Source of the DNA: Octopus bimaculoides
Lineage: Eukaryota
Assembly (NCBI RefSeq): GCF_001194135.2
Contig: NC_068990.1
Location: forward strand, 81,979,721-82,033,455
DNA length: 53,735 bases
Direction: 5' to 3'
The translations under genes and the position numbers were made by a program. The notes beneath the pieces are model-generated. The model was not told where the DNA came from. It saw only the letters and a program-made list of their open reading frames with translations, and did no database searches. Below are positions 1 through 13,180 of the stretch, one piece after another (position 1 is the stretch's first letter; every line of letters starts with the position of its first letter).

Positions 1-28
1 CATATATATATGTTTATATATGTATATA

Positions 29-76
<48 letters not shown>

Positions 77-445
77 GTTTTCATTCTAGTAGGTATTTTC
101 ATACTTTATTTATTATTTTTTTTATTTGATGTCTTGGGTGTAGAGCGGAAAATTTAGTTAAATTGAGAGGGTTAGCTTATCAAGTAGGCGGCATATTCCA
201 AATTGCAAAATTTTTTACATCTTCTTAAAAAAAAAATTACTATTTCAAAGCTGAACTAATATTTCTTTTGCATCTGTTCAAGACAACAACAATAATTCAA
301 AGTATGTGTGTATATATGTATATATATTTATGACGGAGATAGTTTCAAACATTAAAAGTAGCCTTTTCATAAAGTATGATAGTCTCTATCAAAAGAAGAC
401 AAAGTAAATAAAATAAAAGTAAAAATGCTGCTTTGTTTAGACTAT

Positions 446-447
<2 letters not shown>

Positions 448-479
<32 letters not shown>

Positions 480-486
480 CAACAAC
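448..486. repeat. (AAT)n/(AAC)n microsatellite
   Basis: Direct reading. Confidence 0.95.
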
Positions 487-764
487 ATATGCAAATGAAT
501 TTTTGTATTGACTAGGATATACTGTTTTGTTTTATTTTCATCTCTTTTCAAATATTAGTTAAAATAAATCTCAAATAAATAGTGGACTAAATTCAAGAAT
601 AAGGCTATGTTAGCATTCTTGGAAGAGCAGAGTGTTGTTTGATTTTAATATTCATCCTGTATGGTTAAGCTGTTAATCCATATTAGAAGTACCAAATCAT
701 CTCCAAGTTATATTTCCTTTGCCCCACTATGAGATGCTTGTGTCCAATATCATAACTTGCATAA

Positions 765-765
<1 letters not shown>

Positions 766-830
<65 letters not shown>
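766..830. repeat. (TA)n plus (GTAT)n microsatellite; a similar (TA)-rich tract lies at 1-76
   Basis: Direct reading. Confidence 0.95.
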
Positions 831-831
<1 letters not shown>

Positions 832-2589
832 ATAATGGCCACAATTCATGGTTAAGTAGGATATCCACGATACTTGAGTTAAGTAAAAAAGTAAAAATGG
901 AGCAGTGTGTGTGTATGTGTGTGTCTTTTGATTGATTAGTTGCTTTCTGAAAGGAACATTCAACTCCCCCATTACCTCTGTGTACAAGAAATACTGAATT
1001 ATATTATGTATGTGTATGTGTGGGTATGTACCATCATGTACTATGATAAGTGTGTGAATGTACAATTTCTGTTCTTGTGTAACACATCTCAGGAGACTCA
1101 CAGTATTTCTCTATTCTTTGTTTAGTCACATTTTTTCTTCTTGTACAGAAAGAAACCTTTCTCAAGGTTTTGCTATAGAAATTATCCTGTAGGGTCTGGT
1201 AAAGAACATTGTCATGATTTTTTATAATTATTACACTTTATCAAAATGCTAATATTTTAGTTGAGTGTTTACCATTAGAAGAAGCTGGATAAAGTGGCAT
1301 TCATCCATTTATATATAACTCTCTATATTGCACTTATCCAGCAGAGTGAGGAAAAATATATTTTTCTCCTTTTGATGAAAGTAGAAAGGGATAAAAAGCA
1401 AAACGTGGTACATTTTATATTTTGTTTTCACTGAGATGTCACTTGTTCCTTTGTTTTTGTTAGAACAGCCATTGATAGTTTATTACTACTTTGATGAAAC
1501 AAAATCTTGCATAATAATTATATGATTAAAAAAATGAAGGTATAAATATATAAAATCTCACAGTAGTTGAGAGAAATTTTGGTTAAATTCAAAACATTCC
1601 CATGGAAACATTAAATTGTAGTTTTGAAGAATCAGATAACATTGAATGAAATATTGTTAAAATATTATGAAGACATGTTTCATCAATGTATCTTTTTATA
1701 TTCATTCATTGATTGATTCATTATTATTATCATTTTACTTTAATTATTATCATTATTTAGAAGAATGCATCTATGATTTTCCACAGCATCTACTAATGTT
1801 CCATTAAAAAAACATGTTTTAAATTATTATTATTATTATTAAATAGCTAAAGAAGTTCATTGTGAATGAATGATATCTTTAACAGCAAATGAAATTGGAG
1901 GAGAAAATGAAGAATTGTACATATAAACTAACATTGTATCTATAGTGTATAGTGTTGCTGTATTGTACCTGAGCAATTTTGCTATTATCAATTATTTTAT
2001 TGTAATAGCTCAGCATTAGCAATAGTTAGTTTTATTAATTTTGTCTAATTTCATTTCCAGTATCTGCAGTTTGTTTAGAATTAACCAAATTTTAGCTTAA
2101 AATATAAATTAATAAAAGTTTTAAGGGACTAGTAGTTGTTTGAATATTTGGTAGGTAAGCCAAGATGGATGATGCACAAATGTCTAAATTATCTTAAAAG
2201 AATTCAAGAATGGCTCTCCATATCTTGAACAGATTGCTTGTTACTGTGCAATAGAATTAAAAGTAAATCAACTATAAATTATCTTCATAAATAAAATAAG
2301 TTTTCGTGGTGGACTTAATTGCTTTGTGTATTTTCTTCTTTAAGGAACTGCAACCAAGATGTACTAGGATTTTCCTTGTTAGTTTTGTGAGGTCCTTAAT
2401 TTCACATTGTACGTTTCTACCAATGGCATCAGTGTAGTTCAGTGGTTTTATCCTCTTTTAGGGTGCAGAATTCTCCAAATTATAACATCTGATGTGACTT
2501 GTTGTTTCAGTATGATAGCAGTGTCCATCATTAATTTCCTTGGATTCTTTTTCTTATACTGTAATATTAATATTATCATTATTATTACT

Positions 2590-2760
2590 CATTTCATCCA
2601 AATTTATATTCTGAGTTCAAATTCTGTCGAGGTTGACTTTGCCCTTCATACTTCCAGGGTCAATAAAATAAGTAGCAGTTGAGGACTGGGGTTAATGTAA
2701 TCAACTTACCCTCTACCCCAAAATTGCTGGCCTTGTACCAAAACTTGAAATTATTATTAT
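2590..2760 (+). mobile_element. SINE family A, truncated, (TTA)n tail
   Basis: CTGAGTTCAAATTCTGTCGAGGTTGACTTTGCC...GGGGTTAATGTAATCAAC matches the 23440 copy. Confidence 0.8.
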
Positions 2761-4662
2761 TTACTTATTTATGTATTATATTTTTTGATGGCCAAATCAA
2801 CCCAAGGCCTTGTGAGTAAAATAAGATAAATGGAAGCCCTGTGGAAGCCCTTTGTATGGCAGATTTATCCCATTGCTCGGTTTACACCACCAGATAGCCA
2901 TTGGGTGCCTTTAGCTGGGAGATGATAAATAAATGCTTGATATCAGACTTATTCAACAACCTTCATCTGCAATGACCTCCAGAAGTTGGCTATCCTTTAG
3001 TTCCTCATACATCAGTGTTATTTCAGTTTCCATGCAAACAATTTGAGCCTTTTAATTCCACAGAGGCCTTTTAGTCCATTAGAAGCCATACTATTGCTAT
3101 AGTAACAGTTTTTATATACAGTATTATTATAATGTTAGTAATGATGTTGATGATAATATGAAGACGGTCTAAATGCTCTTACTCAACAGCACAACTATTC
3201 AAATATATCTACTGTATTTACTGAGTACAGAACCAAAATCTGACTGAGATGAGTGATTAAGTTGAAGACTTCGGGCAGGTTATGGTGAAAAAAGCTTATT
3301 AAGTGTCCTTTTGCAAATTTCTACAGTAATAATAGTATGAGGGAAAAATCCTTTAATATATGAAAATATTTAATGCAAGTATAGGGGCTCTAGTCTGAGG
3401 ATAACTTTCCCTCTTTTTCCCACTAATGCATAAATGTCATAGAATCTGCCTTTCTATGGCAGAAAAAGACATAAGGGAAAATAATGAACAAATAAAAGTA
3501 GATTAGTAATTAGTTTGTTGATCTCTATGTGGATAAGTCAGTTCTGCTGCTGAATTATCTTGGTATAAAAACTTTTATGAGGCAAACTTTGTAACTAACA
3601 AGTGAAATTCATCACTGAATATAGGAAAACTCATCATATCTCTTTAGGGAACAGTTAATATGCATAAATGATTAAAATTGATAAGTGATGTCTTAATAAT
3701 TAAGAAGAGTACATTAAATGTAGTTTCTTATTACATCAAGCTTTTTTTTTTTTTTTTTTTTTTTACCTATTATCAAAGATGTCAAAAGTTTTTTTTATTC
3801 TTTTATATCTTTGAATATATGTATTTATAGAAATACTGAATCTGGATATTTACAAGATAATTATCTTTTGACACTTTAAAAAGATAAATTTTCTGCTTTT
3901 ATTAAAACTGTTTAGTAGAATTATGACATAATTTCGAGCTTGAAATAAATAATTGAAAAGAATAAACCTTTTTTAGAAGTCTAGACATTTAGATAATAGA
4001 CAACTTCTCGTATATTTATTTACATCTAGCTGCAGTTTCCTTTTTTCTTCTTTCTCATTTCCTTTTTCCTCTCTTTTATCCTCGTTTTTTTTTTTAAACT
4101 TTCTCTCTTACATACACACAAATCCTTAGATAGCTTGGCTTAATGTCTTTTTTGTTTCGTTTTAATATTAGGAGTATTTATCTAGCTTAGCTGAATGAAA
4201 TAATTATAGTAATCCATATAAGATTTATTATGATTTAAATAATTATAGTATGATCGTTTAGTTCCATTTGTGCTGTGTTCCATTTCCCTGTCTATAGACA
4301 GGGAAATAGTTTAGAATTATCTGACTCTTTGGTGTTCATCTTAGCTGTAAACATTGATGACTTGTGTGTGAATTAGTCACACATTCAGTTGCTGAACATT
4401 TAATACATGACTACACCAAACAAGTATTGTCAACATTTTCTCTTGGTTGATAAATCCTGATTATTTAGCTTCTCAATTGGCACCAAAGTTTAGGGTACAC
4501 TCATAAATAGAAAGATGCTGTGGACTTATGTAATTTCTCAATAATTCATAGTTATGTCATAATATTTGTCTTTTCAACAGCAAAATCATCTTTAAAAAAT
4601 TACAATTATCTAATCATTATTTTCTGCTTTTTTTTCTTTTTATTTTACATTCTTTGTTATAG

Positions 4663-4947
4663 TCCCCCAACAGCCGAAAAATCTTCAGGCTCTTGCTGAG
4701 TCTGCTAATACTGTTCATGTGACTTGGGATCGACCAGATGCAATGGATAATATCGAGAGCTACGAGCTATATTATAATGATTCCCACTACCGCCAGAATG
4801 TTCACATAAGTATTAAACCACCTGTAGTAAGTTACCGTTTAGTTGATCTTACACCCGATACAGTATACCACGTTCAAGTATCAGCTAAATCATTACGTGG
4901 AGAAGGAGCACGTACCCCAACAATTCAAGTTCGAACACCTCAGTTCG
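4663..4947 (+). CDS. Lar: Lar exon 1 in window, FN3 repeat (equivalent to FN3 no. 3): VPQQPKNLQALAES...TPTIQVRTPQF
   Basis: tttgttatag acceptor, G|GTAAGT donor, 285 nt, phase 1-1, FN3 W/Y/LTPDTVY pattern. Confidence 0.95.
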
Positions 4948-6491
4948 GTAAGTTCCTATTAATTTTCTTTATTCAAAATATTCAAAGACTGCTATTTTAT
5001 GTATTTCTGTTAAAATTTTCCATTTTCTTCTCAGGTGTTTCGAAGATTATCATTGAATCTCCTTGCTTTTCAGGGTTTATTTGCTGTATAAAACGAACAC
5101 CATTCCTGATAAACATATATAATCTATTTTGTTTTGCTTTTATTTCAGTTCTTTAACTAATGTTTCTCTACAGGTATTTGGTGATGGGGTGGGAGAGATT
5201 TCAATTTTTTTTGTTCCACCAAGTGCTATCAGCTATTTTAAAAGAGAAAGAAAGGAAAATGCTATATTTTGTTTTGTTTGGAACAAAATATGGAGTTATT
5301 GGATCATCCATGTATTGTATTTGCAATTATAGATGTATTAACAAGCAGAGGAAAAAGAAAATTGAAAAAAGAAAACAAAAAAGGAAAACAGATCGAATTT
5401 AAAATGTTTCAATGGTATTTATTTGGTAGAAATTAGGAATTAAATCATGTTCAAATTATGTAGAATATCAAACTAAATATAAACAATAATTCTTAACGCT
5501 TAGAATAACTCTTATGAACATGGCTTGAAGAAAGAAAAGGCTTTTTTTTTTAAATCTTAGAATTATAGGAGGCTCTTAGGGTAGATATATAATTTATTTA
5601 AATAAATAGGGTTCTCAGTTTAATGAGAACTGAACTAAATGTTTGCCCCAAAGTGTTTAACTGAAAATATAGGTAATGAATTATTGATGTGTTTTGAAGG
5701 TATCTCATCTCATTAAACCTAATTGCCTGATTACTGCCAGAAGTGTTAATAGATTTAAGAACTGATTTTAAAAAAATTAAATAATGTTTTAAAACCATAC
5801 AGTTTTGATTACTTGATGATATAGTCTCAGGGTAATAAAAGTGGTTTATTTTATTTATTTATTTTTACAAATACATTAGTTTTATCAGATTGGTTATTTA
5901 AATATACATTATTATAATAATGTTCAAATCGGTTGTTTTACCCTCTTTTTGCCCTTGAATAATTTTGGCAAAAGTATGTCATTTTCTGTGATTCCAGTTG
6001 GATCTCTTCACCATGGACACAATACATACACATAGAGAAATTAAATTATAATGCAAATGCCATATTGTCACATCCATTTCTTTGGCCCTAACCTTCCATT
6101 ACCAGTTAGTATATTTCAATATCAATTGTAATCCCCATTATCTTTCTTCTAAAAGACAGAATAAAACAATGCTTCTGTTTCATTAAATAGAGGCTTTTTT
6201 TTTTTTCCACCTCCAGAAATTCAGGGTCCATACCCCCCTTTGCACCTTCTGCTTTCATTCTCCATCATATGCCCTTTTTATTTATTTTCTTCTCTTTTTT
6301 TTGTTACTATTATTACCACCACTATACCACCCATATCATTATTATCATTTCTTAACCTCTGTATTTAGGTAGTCTTTCTATATTTATCCTACTGCCTTTT
6401 ATTTTATTTTATTTTCACTTACTATTAGCTACAGTAGTAGTGGTAGTATCATTATCATTTTACTCTTATTTTGCAAATAATGCATATATAT

Positions 6492-6617
6492 NNNNNNNNN
6501 NNNNNNNNNNNNNNNNNNNNNNNNNNNNNNNNNNNNNNNNNNNNNNNNNNNNNNNNNNNNNNNNNNNNNNNNNNNNNNNNNNNNNNNNNNNNNNNNNNNN
6601 NNNNNNNNNNNNNNNNN
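6492..6617. other. Assembly gap (126 N)
   Basis: N run. Confidence 1.
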
Positions 6618-6776
6618 GTATATATTTTTTCACACACACATACCTTGCTTATGTATTTATCAATTTCCCAATCATTTTGTGATGTCATTGTTGCCTATTT
6701 ATTATTATTATTTTTTTTTTTGTTACAATGGAAAAGTTCATACAAGTTGAATTACATTTTCCCTGCTTCTGTTAAG

Positions 6777-6808
<32 letters not shown>

Positions 6809-7914
6809 TAGTTCATTAAAGTTTTCCAAACAATATTTCAAAGTTCATATCGTAACCTATTGTATAATCACCCATAACTTGGTACCAGCACATCAACTCA
6901 TTTAAATACCATGATGACCAAACCATGTTGTTGTCTCTTTTCATTTTGAAGGTCTACCTTGTAATTCAACTTATTTTTCCATATGAAACACTGTCCATGT
7001 AGACTGTAAGCTGTGAAGCTATTATTGTTATTTGTTCCAGTTCTGCACTGCCACTACTGTCATTACACTTTTCACATTTTCAGTAATGCCAATGTTAATC
7101 ATTATTTTATTTATTCATTTATTTTTTTTGCTTATTACAATCATCATCATCATCATCATCATCATGTATTTGTCTTATAGCAAGCCTAGGGCTCATTCAC
7201 TGTTATTATGTTTGTTTAATTTTGTCATGTTTTTTTTTGTTTGTCTACCACTGTCATTTGTCAACTCATTAATTTAGATGCCTAAAATGGAATCTTCATA
7301 ATCCCAATACTTGTTTTAATTTTTGTATCCTGAGACCTGTTTTCATGTCAACCTCTTCAGTGATCAAGCTATGCATGAAATATTTTGATGATATCTCTGT
7401 AAACCTCAGATGTACTGGCCGATTCCCCATATCCCATGCAGTCATTTCATTCAGCTTTCAGAATACAGAGTTTGCTTCAATTTAAGATATATTTTTTTCC
7501 ATTTGTCAAGTTGAAAATAAGGCATTGTCATATTTTAGGGATACACACAAACACACACACACACACACATGTATACCGTATAAAGCATTTTTGTCTGTTC
7601 AGAAAATGTCTAATATTTCCCTATTAGTGGATTAGCAGAATTCTTCCTGTATTAAGTTATGTCTCTTTATGTTGTGCTTCAAATCCTGCCTTAGTCAATT
7701 TTACTTTTCATCTTTCTGAGACAAGGTTGATAAACGTTGATATAATTAAATGTGAGGGGCTCTGGCCAACTATTCAGTAAATGATGTAGAGTGAGGGAGT
7801 TCTACAGGTATTGCATTCTTTCGCATGCACAATATAAGTACCAGATATCTTTATGTTGTCTGGATAAAGAAAGTCTTTGACTTTGCAGCTATTAAAATCA
7901 GAACTAGAGTTAAC

Positions 7915-8290
7915 ACCACCATCATACCATCACGGCATCTACCTGTTCATGTTTGCATGGGTCAGTTGGAATTTATTTCGGCAAACTTTCTATGGCTAGA
8001 TGACGTTTTTGTTGCCAACCTTCATCTGTTTCCAAGCAAGACAGTACTTTCTCATGTCCAGACATGTTTTCACGAGAGAGTGGAAACAACTAGCATTGTT
8101 TGCACTGTAGTTACCCTTCATCTGCAACCATCACATGAAGGCAAGACAAGGAGACACCAACACGCATGCACACACACACACACTTACAAGAGGCTTCTTT
8201 CAGTTTCTCTACCAAATCTACTTTAGTCAGTTTGAGGTTGTATTGTGAGACACTTAAAAGTGTCATGCTGAACCTAAGGCTATGCTTGTA
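7915..8290 (-). mobile_element. Degenerate copy of the same composite SINE, antisense
   Basis: TTGCATGGGTCAGTTGGAATTT...TTTCTATGGCTAGATG...(CA)n...CTTTCAGTTTCTCTACCAAATCTAC is colinear with 45218-45540. Confidence 0.7.
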
Positions 8291-10079
8291 CCTGTTCAAA
8301 TTTGAATAAGCTATAGGTGCTTGAATTTTGAAAGGTTATGATGAAAACTTAGTAGCTGCCGTTTCAAATTTATTGTGGTAAGAAAAGTTGTAAGAGAATC
8401 ACTTCTGGGAGTCTGATGGGAAAAATATTGATTTTTTTTTTTTTCTTTTTTTCTGTGATGTAATGTCACAAATTTGTTGAAAGAAATCTATTTGATTGGA
8501 TTGACTCATTCCTGTCCAGCACAGAATTGTAAAGATGAAAGGCAAAATTGACACTAACTTGATTTGAACTCTAAATATGAAGCTGCAGAACTAAAAGCTG
8601 TAAACCTCTCAGCTATTTTTATTACCTCATTGCATTTATTATTAAAAAAATATGAGAGACACAAGGAAGTGTAGTTTTGAGTGTTTAAATGTATACTGAT
8701 CTTGAATTTACTAGAGATGCTAAGCCATGTTACCAAGCTGCTGTTTAAAAGGCCATTTTCAAAAATTATTTACTCACATGGACAAGTTAATTTTATGGAA
8801 GATAGTTATGTTTGATGAGGTTTAATAGAGCTTTTTAGTGTTATAAAGAAGACTGGAGACATTTTGCTTGCATTAACAGCATTCATTTTATGTGTAGGAA
8901 TGCTAAATCTATTTAAATTGTTGCAACATACAGCAATAGCATTTACATCGTTTTCATATCATCAGCATCATTAACATGTTGAATTGTATATGCAAAAAAA
9001 CGAATGTTACTTTAGGGATAATATGGCTTCTAATGAACTGAAAGGCCACTTTGGAATTAAAAGGTTCAAGTAATTTACATCACGACTGAAATAGCACAGA
9101 TCTGTGAGGAAGAAAAGATAGCCAAGTTTTGGGGATTGTTGCTAACGAAGATTGTTGGGTTAGTCTGACATTAAAATTGCTTTTGATAACGATAAAAGCG
9201 ATAAAAACATTCATAGTTGCTTGATAAAAGTAATTTTGAAAATGTTGATGAATTCTTGAACACGATACTGTTTGAGATTAAATATTCTAACACTTCCTCA
9301 AGCATATCATAGATATGTGATATAAATTTTATGTGGTTGCTTTAGTGTGCTTTCTTCATTACGGATTTTTAAATTGGTTGAAAAGATTTAGAGAAATTTT
9401 ATTTATGAAATGCTTGAAAAGTGATATTATCAATGAGAATATAATTATGATTTTTTTTTTTTTAATCTTTAGAGATGAACAGATTATATACATACATATA
9501 TGTATACTGTATTTCATTGAGTTTCATCTATGGTATTCTTTAAGTATGGTACATTTCCTAGATATGTTGTATAATATATGACTAAAACTACATGAGAGTT
9601 AGCAGCCTATAATAATTATAATATCTCCATAAGGCAGATGCTTAAAGCTTTTCTGAATGAAGCTTTTATTTACTATTCAGTCCTACAAAGGTTGGGCAAA
9701 ACTGCGTTATTAAAAGCAACAAAAATAATGCACTGGAATTGTAGTGGGAAGTGGAGTATCCACTGTTTTTAGCTGAAGCCTTCTGGCTAAAGATGACCAG
9801 GGAAAAATTAAAAGAAAAAAAAAAACAGGAGAACTTTACATCCTTAATGTAAAACTGGCTGCAAGTAGTGATGAATGCAAGATGTGTGATTGCACACATA
9901 AATTGGAAGAAGTAGAGAGGAACTAGGTCAGAGGGTGAAGGGAAGAGAAATCAAAAGAGGAATGAGCTGGAGTGAAGTAGAGGGGGAAATCTGAATTAAG
10001 AGAACTGAACCACAACTGAACTAAGAAGAGGTGTAGCAACAGAAAGCAAAACAGTCATTGAAGCCCATCAGTGACAGTT

Positions 10080-11300
10080 TTGAATTTTGGCATGAAATAC
10101 TTCTTGTATTTCCTTGAATAAGCAGTTCTAAGATCTGTGAGAGATGCCACACTGTGATAAATGCATAATAGAATTACCGCCTGTTGTGTTGAAGTCAGTG
10201 ATGATAAGTTGACCTAAAATTTCTATTAGTCTGCTTCAAATGTTCATTAAGATGACAGCCTGTTCTCTAAAGTCAAGTGCACCACAAAGTTTGCAGATGA
10301 TCCAATGTATGCAGTTGGAAAATGTGCAGCAGATATTTTGGGTAATGTTGTGCTATGACTTGAGCCTGGCGATGTAGTGTTGTTAACGTTGAGACAGGTG
10401 TTGCATACTAGGCAAGTTCATTTAAAAGTTCCCTGTTGTGTATGGCTTCTAACTAGGTGGTTGTCGAGTCACTATCTTTCTTGAAGACAAGGTGAGGTGA
10501 TGTGGGGAAAGATATTGAAGCATCAGAAAGTGGGATTTGGAAGTTGTGGGTGAAAGTGAGAGGTAGTGGCAGTGTGCAGGAATAACAACTGATCAAGGTA
10601 CACTTGATTGAGGAATTCTTTTATATTGATTGAGATTCGAAATTCAAATCAGTACTGCAGAGCCAGGGAAACTGAAGGAATTAAGGGGATGGTATAAGAG
10701 ATTTAGTGTCCATGTGGTGAGAATCGATTTACTTGTAGTGGACAGTAATAGATATTATTGTTAGTGATAGAGATATCGATAAAACTAAAAGTTCCAGATA
10801 GATTGGAAGCAGAGAGTGAAAAGAGTTAATGAAAGAGTTGAACTTATGAAGCTGTTGTCTGGTGAGGGTGGTAACACTGACATAGTCATCAATATAATAA
10901 CAGCTCCGGAGCAGGTTCCATGAAATGGGCAAAGATTTCTCTTCATTTTGGCCCTCAAAATGCTTGGCATAATTGGGGTCCATCTTTGTTCCCATAGCAT
11001 CCCTACTAGTTTGTAATATTCACCAGATAAGGAGTAGCAATTAAGGGGTGATACAAGTTCAACTCAGCAGAGGAATGTGGTAGTACTCGATACAGGTCAG
11101 AGATGGTGATCTAGAAAGTGTTTAAGGGCTGATGGGCTATCACTGGGGGTAAATGGCTGTGTGGACTGGTTTTAAGGTCCATGGTAAAAAGGAGCTTTGA
11201 CTACCCAGGCAGAAAGGACAATGAGTTGAAGGGTTTAAGTCATGGTTGATAGCTCTATTGTATGAGGGTGAGACAGTGACTAAGAGTGGTTATGTTTTGT
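10080..11300 (-). mobile_element. Degenerate Penelope-like element remnant (RT plus GIY-YIG endonuclease)
   Basis: Minus-strand frames give ELV..LNC.S.SGEYY, MGTKMDPNYAKHF (MGTKMAPSYANLF-like), YIDD, HYK.IDSH, QF..LCS and CTFSNCIHWIICKLCG...EH, in PLE order, with many stops and frameshifts. Confidence 0.75.
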
Positions 11301-12158
11301 CAAAATATGCAGTGAGAAGATGGGTTTGGTTCTTACAGAGATAATGTATATGTATACAAATCTTTGTGTTGTGTATGTCATGTGAATGAATGAGTGAGTG
11401 AGTGAGTGTGTGTATGTATTTGATGAGAGGTTGTATGTCCCTGCTTTGAACTTATAAATGTCTTATACGCACACACATATATTTAAAGCCTATATCTATC
11501 TTTAAATTGAAGCAACTTAGTATTCCTAATTTAGCATCATTTCATTGTTAGATAACATGTTGTTCATGCTTTGTTTAAAAATTCTTTGAAATAAAACCAT
11601 GTTGCGATGCAGTCCTGCAAAATGTAATACCCATTTTCTGAAAAAACTAGTTCATGTGCATTTGATACACACCTTTTTTCTTGCATTTTTACCTTTTGCA
11701 AGATCATAATGAAGCATTTTTCTCTAAATTTCTGTCTCTGGAAAATGATGTACTTATATTCAATATATATTTACATATATGCATACTTAAAATGCATTCA
11801 AGCTAAACTCTATTTAATAACACTTAATACAGCTTGTCCAAATTATTGGCTCTCAGTTTCCACTGAAATGTTTGTTGATATCAAATGGTGATATCATATA
11901 GTATTAAAAGTTTGAAAATAAAAAATAATTTCATCTTTTCTCCCGATATAACGCATGAACTTCATGTCTAACCTATGATGTCTGTCCACTGCTGTAATCC
12001 TGTCTGATTCATTCTCACATATTTCAGCTGAATGTAACTATTTCTCACATCCTGACATGATTCAAATATTTCATGCATGTCCAATCCATTGCATGTTTTC
12101 TTTAGTTTAAGATTTCATTTATCACTCTTTATATTTTTTTACACCCTTATCCCCTCAG

Positions 12159-12467
12159 CCCCAGGTGCCCCTCCTTTGGCTGTGAGTGGTATTGCACTTG
12201 ACTCACGCAGACTCAACATTACCTGGAAGCCACCACCCCGCACCAAACAAAACGGTGACATCACTGGCTATAAGATAATGTATGTTGAAAGTGATGGTGT
12301 TAAAACCAAAAATGATGCCTTAGTAGTTAATGTGGATGCAGATGTGAACTCTTATATATTGACTGACCTGTCAAAATGGACCCAATATAAGATATGGCTT
12401 CTAGCTTACACCAGCATTGGCGAGAGTCCTTCATCCCAACCCATCTTAGTGAGCACTGAAGAAGATG
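12159..12467 (+). CDS. Lar: Lar exon 2, FN3 no. 4: APGAPPLAVSG...LSKWTQYKIWLLAYT...VSTEED
   Basis: cccctcag acceptor, G|GTAGGT donor, 309 nt, phase 1-1; KWTQY and TEED match LAR FN4. Confidence 0.95.
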
Positions 12468-12840
12468 GTAGGTACCAGAAAAATAATCCTAATTTTGAAG
12501 TGGCTTTGGGTGACTTAACATGCTTCTTAACAACTTTAGCTTATCAGACTTGGCTGAAGTGGTTTAAAAATTTCAATTTTCTCTTCATTAACAATTAACT
12601 TATCCTAAGCATAAAATTCAAAACTTTTGAATGTTGCATCATCCTATATCATCTAACAGTCTACTCCTACTCATACTCCTTTTCCTTCAAGCTTTTAAAA
12701 ATTTGATTTAAAAAAAATTTTTTTCTGTTTTAATTTTTCTTCTCTAACAATATCTATATTTCACCAAACAGGCAATAAAAAAAATTATGTAGTTTTGATT
12801 GTAGAATATTAAAATCATACACAATATATATATATATATA

Positions 12841-13180
12841 NNNNNNNNNNNNNNNNNNNNNNNNNNNNNNNNNNNNNNNNNNNNNNNNNNNNNNNNNNNN
12901 NNNNNNNNNNNNNNNNNNNNNNNNNNNNNNNNNNNNNNNNNNNNNNNNNNNNNNNNNNNNNNNNNNNNNNNNNNNNNNNNNNNNNNNNNNNNNNNNNNNN
13001 NNNNNNNNNNNNNNNNNNNNNNNNNNNNNNNNNNNNNNNNNNNNNNNNNNNNNNNNNNNNNNNNNNNNNNNNNNNNNNNNNNNNNNNNNNNNNNNNNNNN
13101 NNNNNNNNNNNNNNNNNNNNNNNNNNNNNNNNNNNNNNNNNNNNNNNNNNNNNNNNNNNNNNNNNNNNNNNNNNNNNNNN
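12841..13180. other. Assembly gap (340 N)
   Basis: N run after (TA)n. Confidence 1.

Noticed and set aside
345-1125. ORFs with poly-L, YIYIYI or THTH runs (also 46273-46604, 51146-51419 and similar)
   Set aside because: Translations of microsatellites, with no splice-compatible coding signal
8740-9320. Possible antisense LINE RT remnant; similar hints at 16140-17340, 27790-28200, 33500-34250 and 37560-37920
   Set aside because: Only isolated weak motifs by eye; cannot assign a family without a database search
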